From positions 3,410,001-3,474,000 of the forward strand of contig OZ176054.1 in assembly GCA_964247055.1 (NCBI GenBank): 64,000 nt of DNA, written 5' to 3'. The number at the start of each line of letters is the position of its first letter. Within the stretch, counting starts at the first letter, position 1. The position numbers were made by a program, and so were the translations under genes. This document shows positions 12,201 to 22,958 of the stretch, piece after piece. The stretch comes from Paragordius varius. Lineage: Eukaryota > Animalia > Nematomorpha. Under the pieces are notes generated by a model. It made no database searches and was not told the origin of the DNA. It saw nothing but the letters and a program-made list of their open reading frames with translations.

Positions 12201-14352
12201 TTTAATAGTTTATGGAAGAATAACTTCAAAACTAAATAATAGTTCAATGATAGCGCATTTTTTAGGGTGTAAAGGGCTATTTAACCGCTAATTTAAAAAA
12301 ACCACAGACTTAAATTTTTGCCTTTTTACGGGTAAAATTTCAGGCCCTTATAAAACTTATATTGCCTGATAAGTTTTCTGATAATTAACTCCTAAACAAC
12401 GCAATTTTGATATGGTGCGCAAACAGGTAGCTTCCTACATAGAGGCTGATACAAAGAAAGCGCTTGATTAAAAATTTTACCTTTTTACGGAAAATACCTG
12501 GAATCATGATTGATTCCATATGCTCTCTAGTTTTCGGAAAAATTGCACCAAAATTAAAAAATTATTCTATGGTGGAGCATTTTCCAGGGCGTGAAGGGCC
12601 CAATTAAAGGCTAATTTAAAAAACCGCACGATCTAAATTTTTGACCTTTTACGGGTAATATTATAAGCACGGATTGAACTCGGCCTCAGAGGTTTGCTGA
12701 AATTTAGCCCCAAAAACACGCTTTTCAATATGACTGCTCAGTTTTTAGCGGGTATCTCCTTCCCCAGCAGCTATCATCAAAGAAACTCTTGACTAAAATT
12801 TTTACCTTTTAACAGGGAATACCTGGAATCCTTATTGAATTTTTACAGTCTCATACTTTGGGCGAAAAATAGTTTCAAAAAATTATTTTTGTGGACTTAA
12901 TTTTTTTGAAAAAAATGGCATTTTACGTGGGGAACGGGTAAAAAGAGGGCCTAAATTAAAAAAGCGAGCCGATTATGTTCGGCGCAATCGAAAATAAGTA
13001 AAAGAAAATCATATTTGAAATTGAATGTTCCAACACGTTTTCAGGAATGTCTTAAAAACACGATTTTTGTGGATTTGTTTTCAAAAAAACCCGTTTTTTA
13101 CACGGGGTGGGCCCTAACTGGGGACCTAAATAAAAAGGGCGTATTGTCGGGGCATTAATTAATGATTATATTTTTCGATTAAACGGGTCTACCGGTTTTC
13201 CGGGAACAGATCACAAAGCCACCCCTTTCCATTTTTATAAATATATAGTTTAATATAGGTATATATTATGCAAATAAAAGATTGGGAAAGTAATTGCCTA
13301 AATTTAATAATAATAAAACTAAACTCAGATGCTACTACCAAGAGCCTAACCGTTCATTTTTGTTATAATATTATTTCAACCGCAAGAATAGGTTTTATCG
13401 AATGCAAGTTTATGTTTAATTGCCTGTTTTGAAAAAAAAAGTTAAGATCTTAAAATTATCTTTGCACAGTTCAGATGTTCAAATTTATGGTTTTTAGTAG
13501 AGTTAGGTTTAAAACCGATGAAACATTTAAACATCTAAGCTTATGAGGCGATCACCAGTCAATAAAGATAATCTAAATGTTTTAATAATGAAAAAAAACC
13601 AAACATGTAAAAAAAATAAATAATAAAGACCAATCAAGTTTGAACATATTAAAATATAATATATCATTTCTATCCATATGGAATATTTATCATGCAAATT
13701 TTTCAGGGATTATATAATTTTAATTTTCAGACTATCTTTTTACCTTGTTTAATATATTTTTAATGTTTGGCCATGATTTCAATTTTATCATTCAATGTTG
13801 AATCCTATATTATCTCACATATCATTAGCACTTCATGACCTTTTCGGGTAGTTATGTAGGCCAGAGTGATTATATTATGGTTGAATGTAACTAATTAACT
13901 TTAATAAGCTTTCACAATTACCAGTTAAATCATAATTATTTGTTTTAAAATCAGCTGTTTAGCTATACAATATAAATTTTAGGATAAAAATGTTTGATAT
14001 TTAAATTTTGTCTATAATAATAACAAATTTATTTTCAAGATTGATCTGTGGGATATAAAACTACCCCAAGTCATTGCGGACAAAAATAAAAAGTCATAAA
14101 GTGTTAGTATTATGCGCTATGGCATTGGAATGGACGCTCTTCTAATTTTTCCAACATTTTATGAGAAACAGCTATAATATACTTTCATCCTTAAATTAAT
14201 TTTGATAAAAATAATAATCATAAATTTTAGTTTTAAAACCATTTTTTCAAATTAAAATATACCCATGGGAGAAGCTTTGACCTCGCTTCTGAGATCTACA
14301 AGACGGCAGTTTACTGTGTTTGTGGGAATGCACATACCACAAGCTGCAGAAT
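9293..14352 (-). CDS. Putative multi-exon orphan gene for a small Cys-containing protein (first exon not found)
   Basis: Phase-compatible GT-AG exons 14352-14263 (phase 1/1), 11006-10911 (1/1), 10564-10395 (1/0), and more tentatively 9593-9570 (0/0) and 9319-9293 (stop). Joined: DSAACGMCIPTNTVNCRLVDLRSEVKASPMEPGVYTVATCIHRNATVAECFGNVLVDDRLDTNVGVYNNLGVLTSTVQINALADGVNITSQSVSQGGRNFNNLSWVTIPDGQTNRVCVRYAYYLGMQDNFSYINS. No family recognised. Confidence 0.55.
11042..13249 (-). mobile_element. Non-autonomous Helitron, long copy with internal tandem array
   Basis: On the - strand the 5' end is A|ACTATATATTTATAAAAATGGAAA (one change from TC...) and the 3' end is palindrome GCTACGTAGC ... CTAG|T. Both ends match the 58732-59319 copy. 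No TIR or TSD. Confidence 0.75.
11150..12850. repeat. Degenerate tandem array (about 320-bp period, 5-6 units) inside the Helitron
   Basis: The motif (c)cctacccagagg recurs at about 11307, 11621, 11943, 12111, 12432 and 12760; ggcccaattaacggctaat...aaaaaccgc-like motifs recur at about 11147, 11461, 11950, 12274 and 12596. Confidence 0.7.
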
Positions 14353-16454
14353 CTTTAAGATTAAATACAGTAAAAATTGAAATTATGCAGACAAAACTTA
14401 AAAACTAAAAGACTTTTTTTAAAAAAAAGACAATTATACCGATTTTTTAAATTTTTTGAAAAATAGGGAATAGAGATTTTAAATGGTAATACACTCAATT
14501 ATTTAATCTAAAATTGTAATAATATAGTTTATTTTAATTAAAAATTTGTCTGAATTTCAATATTTAATGTATATACAAAAAATAATTCTTTTCAAAATCC
14601 ATTACCTTTTGGGGTAGTTTCCCGGAGCGATTTCAAATTTGAGTAATAAATTAAGCTGCAACAACCTTTTTGGCGCATTACACATTTTTTTAAAAAATAT
14701 TGGACAAAATTCAACTAAACTTTTTTACAGCTATTTTTTTGAATCGCTAAAGCTACAGTCAAACTAATGTATATTATGGTAAATGATTAACTTTAAAATG
14801 CTTTTAGACATTTTACCAGCAAAAACTTGATATATATTGATTTTAATATCAGTTAGCAATCGTCTTTTGGAGCTTAGAAGTCACAAGACTGTAAAATATA
14901 AGCTTTATTTATCTAAAGACAATTTTGATTTTAAACTAAAATAACTTTCAAAACTCTATTTTATTTACAAAATTGAGCACTGAAATCTAAAAAAACTACT
15001 CCAAAAGTTTAACTAGGACAAAAATGTGAAATGTTTAAATATAATATAATTATATAGGATGTATGATAAAATATAAATAAAACTATGTTTTTACCAATCC
15101 TAATGGGCTCCTTGCAAAATATGATCAATAATAATCCCAAAATAGATAAAATGTTATGATTTGATGACATTTTTATTTAATATTTAATATAATTGAATAA
15201 AATATGTAAAATAAAAATTGGATATATTATTATATATATCATCAATAACATGAAAATTTGGTAATTTAATATTTTAACTTTTACCCATAACTGAATATAT
15301 TATAGTTTCATATAATATCGAATAACTCTACAGTCATTAATTATTATAGGTATCCAATTTGGTTTTTTTATAGGTTATGCAATATTTAAAAATACATATA
15401 TAATTTTATAAAATTAGCTAAAATATTTGAATACAAAGTGGTAAAATTATTTTTATCCTGATACCACTCTTTATTAGAAAAGAGCAAAACTTCAGCAAAT
15501 GTTGTATATAAATTTTTTTTTAGATGTTAAATGGTTCATTCCAAAAATATCACTAAATTTTTAATAATCCACATACATACATATAAAATGCCACACATTA
15601 TTTTGGAAATTTAGGATCTAGGCTCCGAAAGTCCCGATTTTTCGGACCAGTTCAAAATGGGCTAGTTCTCATAAAAACAAAAGGGCCGAGATTGCGCGAT
15701 AATTATAAATATATGCTAAATTATGACATTAAAAAATGTTTTTTTTTCAAAAAATGGATGTTTTGCTTAAAAATTTTGATGAAACGAATTCGGTATTTTG
15801 AAACATGGTGAAAACGATATAAATAAACTTAAAGCTATTTTTCTATATAATTATATTCTAATCATTTATATCACTTCATGATTTAAATTTATAGAAACTT
15901 CAAGTTTGGATGAATTTATGTAAAAAATAATTTATATTTAATATAAATTTGAAGACAAAAGATATAAATCAAAATTGGAATATAGAAATGGTCATTGAAT
16001 TATATATAAAAAAATGTTATAATGTCGTAAAGCGTTTTCATGCCGTTTCGATCATAACGAAAAATATAGATTGAAGAATGCATAAACTAAATTTTACTAA
16101 AAAATTAAAATTCTTTAACATTTATTAAATTTTTTTGCGAATTCCCGGCATTTTTGCGTTTTATTATGTAAATTGGCCGATTTAAAGGGGGAAATATTTG
16201 GATTCAAATTCACATCTAAAATCAAGCTTATTGTTTTTGATTTTTTATAGTATATTATATATATATTTATAATATTTTTTGCAATAGAGCATTTAGCTTT
16301 CACCATTATTAAATATGTATAGTGTGCGCCGATTTGCGATTTTACGATATCTAGCGATAACCACAAAAGCGTAAATAACTTTCTCATTGATATTAAGCCC
16401 TAAAACCAATAGGCACCATCCTGATACATTTTTCTATCAGAATATATATATAAA

Positions 16455-16752
16455 GACCATTCACAATTCAGATTCGCCATCAAACAATTCAAAACTCTTG
16501 AACAATCATATTCAGCCTAAAAATAAATTATGTGTTTTCGAACTAATATAACTCATTATTAATACGAAATATATCTTTATGGCATAGTTTAGTATTTTTA
16601 GTATTGTTTTTATTTGAAACACTTTAGTTTTTCAAAAATATATTATAATATAGGTAATTTTTAATCCTAAAAGACATATATATTATTTGAGGGAGAATTG
16701 GAATTGTTCGAGGGTGATTTGAATTGTTTAAGGGTGTATTTGAATTTTGAAT

Positions 16753-16756
<4 letters not shown>
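16455..16756. mobile_element. TA-targeting MITE with 21-bp subterminal repeats (degenerate copy)
   Basis: Right arm has GAGGGTGATTTGAATTGTTT-type units ending AATGGTA|TA; left arm is degenerate. Homologous to 23324-23575. Confidence 0.6.

Positions 16757-16800
<44 letters not shown>
16755..16800. repeat. (TA)n microsatellite
   Basis: About 23 TA units directly abutting the MITE end. Other (TA)n tracts occur at about 599-622, 19464-19503, 22927-22954, 43442-43471 and 55375-55402. Confidence 0.95.
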
Positions 16801-16804
<4 letters not shown>

Positions 16805-17319
16805 CATCAAACAATTTTTTAGCCCTCATGTGTGAATAGTATAATATCTAGGTTTGCCAAAAAACTAATCACTTGTGTCATATATATTATTTACAATAAA
16901 AGACAATTGGGATAGACAAATACACTATAATCTGACAACACCAATTTAGCCTTGAATTCCGACAAAAAGCTCATAGACAATATTATTAAAATAGACGGTT
17001 TAAATAACAAAAAGATCCTGGATCCGATATTAGGGGTTTTAATTCAGCTAACTAATTCCAGTGGTAATACAAGTTTTTTTTAAATAGGGATTTGCAATAC
17101 TTTTTAAAATTACCTTTTGTATCACATATGTTTACATGAATTGATAAAAGTATTATAAACCGTTTAAAAATAAGTTCTCCTCATTTTCATAAATTGATAT
17201 TTAAAAAAACTCTATTTTATTTAGGTATTTCTTGCATTTAGCTGCAGATGTATGGTTAAATAAATTTTTTTAACATGTCACAGTTTTAATTTTGTCCATT
17301 TATAATCGGGCTGTTAGTA

Positions 17320-17700
17320 AAGTATTTTATAAATGTTAGTTACAATAAAGCTAAATAAATATAGTAAAAATTTTCCACATTTATTCCGGATTTTAACAAG
17401 ACACTATTTCAAAACGATGAGCAACATTAAACAATTAAAACGCATTTAGTCATTCGTAAACTTTAAAATACCAGTTTTTGTTTGATTTTAAACCCTATCC
17501 ATATTTGCGTCAGAGAGTCAAAAATAAATATAAAATCATAGCGAATGAAAAAGTAAACATACACTAGTTGTGTGTTACCGTACAAATCTAGTTTAAACTA
17601 AAAATATCTAACATTTTTGGTTATCATCATTTAAATGGAAAACAAATATTAACCTTTAAACTAAAGCCAAAACAAATATTTGTCGTTCACCCCTAAAAAT
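17320..17700 (+). repeat. About 380-bp segment duplicated (inverted) at about 30025-30400
   Basis: Long near-identical blocks, e.g. ATCCATATTTGCGTCAGAGAGTCAAAAATAAATATAAAATCATAG and CACTAGTTGTGTGTTACCG, are the reverse complement of 30025-30400. Confidence 0.85.
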
Positions 17701-17756
17701 GTATAAAATGATAAAGTCATATTAGATAAATTACATTTTTCTTTTCATACACAATA

Positions 17757-19445
17757 ATGTATCTCCTAAATCAAAGTGCCATTTACGTTTTATCTGTAAT
17801 AATCACTATTGGACTCACAATCGGAAAGATTGATAGTCAAAATGTGCCCACGAAAAAGCCCAAAGCGCCAGAATCTGCTAAAGTTAACGTTTTTTTGCAA
17901 AACCAATTTGAATTTGCAAACGCTATATCCTCTTACGATAGTTTGAGTAAAACCCATGGAAAAAATTATGTCTTTTCGCCAGCATTGGTGCAATTGTCCC
18001 TTGCTTTCCTCCAATACGGGACAACGTGTAAAAATGAATTACATGGTTTAATTCACCGGAAGGAGGCTAAAAAATTATGGAATTATCTCAAGGCCCCGAG
18101 CGATTTAACAACTGACACATCGATACAAATCGTTAATCAGTATGTCATTATGAACGCGGCAAACATACGACCCAGAATAAAAAATTGGTCAGATCTATCC
18201 TTTGGAGTTGATGTGCAAAAACTGGATTTCGATAATCAAACAGCACGAAATGTCATAAATCAAAGGATTAAAGAGTTAACTCATGGCCTTGTACCTGCCT
18301 TCATTGATCCCAGTGCTCATTCCGATACAATGCAATTGATGGCTGTTAATAGCTTGTTCTATAAAAATTTGTGGGAAAAAATCTTTAATTAGTAATACTT
18401 TTTCCTCTTTTTTCATATTGAATGAGGCTATTAATTTTGCCGATATAATTACATAAATGAAAGCAAATCTAGCCGAAACTGATTGTGTTTTTAAGTAACC
18501 ATATTAAAACATTGCATTAAACCCTTAAAACGTTTATAATTCTTGTAAAATTTACTACCAGCTTAGGGTGTTTCAATAAATATTTTTGCACATAAGTAAT
18601 ATAATATATTATTGTTATATAGTGAAATAAGGGAACGCTTTTTCGGAACCGAAAAAGAATCAAACATAAACTTCCTCGTGCAACCGGATCACAGCTATGA
18701 AATGCATCATGTCACCAAAAACAACGTGAATTCAGACGTGTTTGTTTTGCCCTACAAAAATAAATATAAATTGATTATGGTCATGCCCAAGGATAATGAT
18801 TTGACTAAACTTGAAAGCAATTTAGCCAGCTATCCACTATTTCTCCATGATTTAGTAAGCGGTCAAAAGGTAGCGACTATTCGACAAGGTCTCATGATGC
18901 CATATATAAATGTCACTACTGAAGTTGATTTATTAAGCTTGCTGAGTGACAAATTCCAATGCCATAAACCGTAAGTTTTAGATTATTTCAATTATATTCA
19001 TTAAACATTGAATTATTGAAGAAAATTATAAAAATAAATGGGCAAAAAATTCAACATACAGTTTTATTTTTAGTAAAACATTTCCATTTGCGAATCTAAA
19101 ATGGTAGTATAAATAAAATAACGTTTTTAATCTCAAATTAAAAATATTTTGAAAATTGCAATTTTTCAGTCACAATATGCTTTAAATTAATCCCATCTTA
19201 CTTATAGAAAAATGGATGAAATAGTTTGGAATGAAAACCCGCTAACATTTTCAACACTGAAGCACAAAATCCGATTTGGTGTAACGCGAAATGGAACCGA
19301 AGGCAGAAACTTGTTGAAGGGCAATCCGACTCACTTGCACACCAATTATGAATATAACAAAATCGATCACCCGTTCATATTTTATGTGCTCTATGATAAC
19401 CGAATGATTCTGTTTAAAGGACAATATGCCAATCCACAAAATTAA
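17757..19445 (+). CDS. Secreted serpin-family protein, about 406 aa, 3 exons
   Basis: Exons 17757-18391, 18623-18970 and 19208-19445 join in frame (phase 2/2). N-terminal hydrophobic signal-like stretch; serpin motifs NYVFSPALVQLSLAFLQYG, LMAVNSLFYKNLWEKIF, NGTE hinge and C-terminal IDHPFIFYV...ILFKGQYANP. Confidence 0.9.
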
Positions 19446-19460
19446 CATATATTTTAACTA

Positions 19461-19507
<47 letters not shown>

Positions 19508-20412
19508 AAAATCAAAAAAATGTATATAATCTATTGATATAGAATAAATTATTTAATTATTATTTTCTTGTGCTTTTAAATTGATATCATACTTCACATA
19601 TTCGATTCAAATATCAACTGTTTATCAAGCTTAATTGTAAAAAAATGCTAATTTACAGCGTTTTTGTTTCGGGACTCAGAAATTTATATTTCGTTTATGA
19701 GCCAAGCTCAAACTACCATTTCCACATCTGTGTACATATTTTGTTAATTTTTTTTATAAGAAGCTAACTTATCTTAAAAATCAAAAATATTTGGCTCATT
19801 GTTTCGGATTCGTTTTTCTAAAAAAATTATGGAATCTAAACTAACTATTAAGATGGGAGATTAATTAATTTACAACCAGTTTAGATAGTGCTTGGTTTAC
19901 CTAATTCAAACTTGGGTTAACGATAAATAATTTAAAATTGGTGGTAATCGATATTCAGGGCCATTGAATTAAGTAGAAAGAAATAGGTTAATATACAATT
20001 TTACACATCTTCCGTCACGAAATATATGCTTACAATGTTATGATTTAAAATGATATTTATTATATATTTTATCATATCTAATTAATTTTTCTAGTAAAAA
20101 TTAAATGCTTCATTTTAATGTTCTTGAGATGCTATAAATATTTTTAAAGCGAATCATTATTTATAATTTTATAATTTAAAATATGCGAAACTCGCAAATT
20201 TTAGAACCCCCCTCATAAAATGGACGAGTTATTTTAAAATAAAGGCAAAAATGAAGAGATTTCACGATAGGACTTTTAATATATCCTAGATTATGACAAC
20301 ACAAAAAGAAAGTTTTAAAATGTTGAAGCGTACTTGATGGTATTTTGAAGCATGGTGGAAACATCATATTATTTTATATAATAAAAACATCTTTTCTAAT
20401 ATATAAATCAAT

Positions 20413-20882
20413 ATGATGAACATTTTTGTCTACCTAATTACATTTGTGATCCTAATCCAATCTCTATACACATTTGGCCGTAGATGTAGGCAATCGAACG
20501 ATTTCGTAAAAATACTCAATTCCGACAACTTATGGAACAAAAAAAATTTCATAATTACAGTCCTGACATCAGGATATCCATTAATTTACCACCAAACACA
20601 AAATGTAACAAGAACGACTGCCCTACTAAAAAAAATATCTTGCGAAACGGATGAAACGCAAAATATTAGTGGTTTTAAATTTGTATACAGTAACTTATTT
20701 CTTTATCTGCATGATAACGGTTATCAGGAAATTATTTATCAGTCTCTGTTTTGGATGCGAATATGTTTGAAATTTTTATAATGACATATATGGAGCTTAG
20801 GCCTCAAGCCTCTGCCAACATTATGAAAATCATTTATTCCGACCAAAACAATGTTGGTGCAATAGGTGTGAGATGCGTTTAA
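20413..20882 (+). CDS. Putative small secreted orphan protein (122 aa unspliced, or about 143 aa via a 38-nt intron)
   Basis: ATG ORF with a signal-peptide-like start (MMNIFVYLITFVILIQSLYTFG). A GT-AG intron at 20690-20727 would join it to a second stop-free frame ending ...QNNVGAIGVRCV* at 20882. Confidence 0.5.
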
Positions 20883-21339
20883 ATATTATATACATATATA
20901 TGTATATATCAACTTCAGGGTTATATATATAGTTTTTAATTTGTATTTTACTAAACTTTTTATAGTCTAAAAAAATGGGGGTCACAATATGGGAAAAAGT
21001 CAAAACCCATTTTGAGAGGTCAGTTATTTTTGTGGAATTTTTGCTACAATAGTTAATAAATTTAAAATTTAATGTTTCAACAAGATTGAACAATCGTCCA
21101 AAATGCAAAAATCAGATTTTTTGAAATTTATAAAAATATATGTAAAGTATTTAACTAAAGTATCAATTTTCTCAAAAAAACTTACGCCTACCCATCTTCA
21201 ACCTTTTAAACTAAAAAACTTGAAAATGACCGGAATCTAAAAAAAATCGAAATATGCCTCCAAAAATATCTTACAAAGCTGATTATATAATATATTTTAA
21301 TTGTGTTTGAGATTTTAATTAAAAAAGCTTGTTTTATCT

Positions 21340-21586
21340 CATGTTAGGTACCGAACGGGGTCCGCGAAACATTTTAGATACAAAATTTTACGAAACCTAA
21401 TTAAAAGCATTTTCTTTTAAGACTTCCGAATTTCGGCCATAAACTAACAAAAGTAGTTTTTTTCTTATGTTTAAAATTTAATCAAACATTTGTTAATTCT
21501 TATATATTTTGAGAATGCGGCCCCTCGGTTTTTTTAATCCAAAAATGAGGCTCGCGAAGCCATTTTTTTGGAAACTTCTGTTTTAG
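21340..21586. mobile_element. Probable hAT-type MITE fragment
   Basis: GC-rich GGGGTCCGCGAA and GGCTCGCGAAGCC...GGAAACTTCTG motifs resemble hAT MITE subterminal sequence; left end and TSD not resolved. Confidence 0.3.
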
Positions 21587-22481
21587 AATTTAATATGTCA
21601 ATGTAATTCAAAAACAAACTTATATATTTACACTATCTATATTTTTACAAAGTCTTAGCTATTGCTTTATTAATGAAAATTTTATAAAGCTATTTTTAAA
21701 AACGGCTTACAGCCTAAAATCAGTTTTTGCTTTTATTTTCCTTAAAAAGTGTGATCAATTTAATTCAAATAACCGGTGAGTTTCTCCATTCAAAAAGATC
21801 AAAAATTAAAAAAAATAAATTTTGGATCTTAAATATGGCTTAAGATACATAAATATATTATATCATCACATATTTTAAATTAAATAATTTTGTTTTTTTT
21901 GTCGCCCTATGGCGGCTTTTTCGCGTTAATTTTAAGGACAAGCGGTGAAGTAGCCCTTATAAATAAACGAAATAAATATGCAATGTTGATTTTGGACGGG
22001 CTCCAAAAAAATTTATTAAGCATGTTAAGAAAATTTATTATTTTTAGATTTGGCCATATATACCATTGGTTGATAGTATAATATTTCTTATTAACGAGCA
22101 AAACAAATAACGCTATTAAACCTGTAATTTTCCATCAATAATATCAATAATTAAAACATATATAATTCAATTTTATATAAAATAATTTAAGTTGCGGATA
22201 AAATGTTAAAAAAAATTATTGTAAACACATTGCCATCTTCACAACAACCAGTCTGTCACAAAAAAATGATTATAGAAATTCTAACCAGATATCAGAAATA
22301 ATAAATCCATATATTTTTATTTTTAAAATTTATTAAGAATTTGTGTAATTTAAATTTTGATTCAAGCATATATATATATAAATGCATATGGCAGCATACA
22401 CACAAATCCAACCACAATTATTTATATGAATGAAATATTTTGTAATTATTGCTATAGTCATTTGTATGTATTATTGCATTT

Positions 22482-22923
22482 TCACATTTTTTCGACAGGT
22501 TTGATGCCCAAAAGATGGAAACACAATTCCATGACAATGGCTGTCGCTTCACAAATCAATAATCGTTCAATGTTAACTTTAATTATTTTTCCTGGTATAA
22601 ACAAAAGTATAAGGTATATATGATACTGAACTTAAAGGGTATTAAATTAAAATTGTATGAATAAAAATATTAAAAATCTCAAAATCATTGAATGGTATAC
22701 ACAAAAATAAAAAATGAGATAAGATTTGAGAGCTTAACTAGATTTAATATTTATAAAGGACTTACATTGAAAAATAAAATTGTTTGATGGATTTTATAGA
22801 TTATGGAAATATTCAATCATTTGATCGTTTTATATGTAAAAACATAAATTAAAAAATTATCTGTAAATAAGCTATTAAAAGTACTTATTTTTTGCACATA
22901 AATTAATAAAATTATAAAAGTTA

Positions 22924-22958
<35 letters not shown>

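Noticed and set aside
19893-19922. - strand TTAACCCAAGTTTGAATTAGGTAAAC resembling the nematode SL1 leader and donor
   Set aside because: It lacks the GGTTTAA 5' part, has a 4-nt insertion before the donor, and has no convincing SL RNA stems or Sm site. An Rfam scan would settle it.
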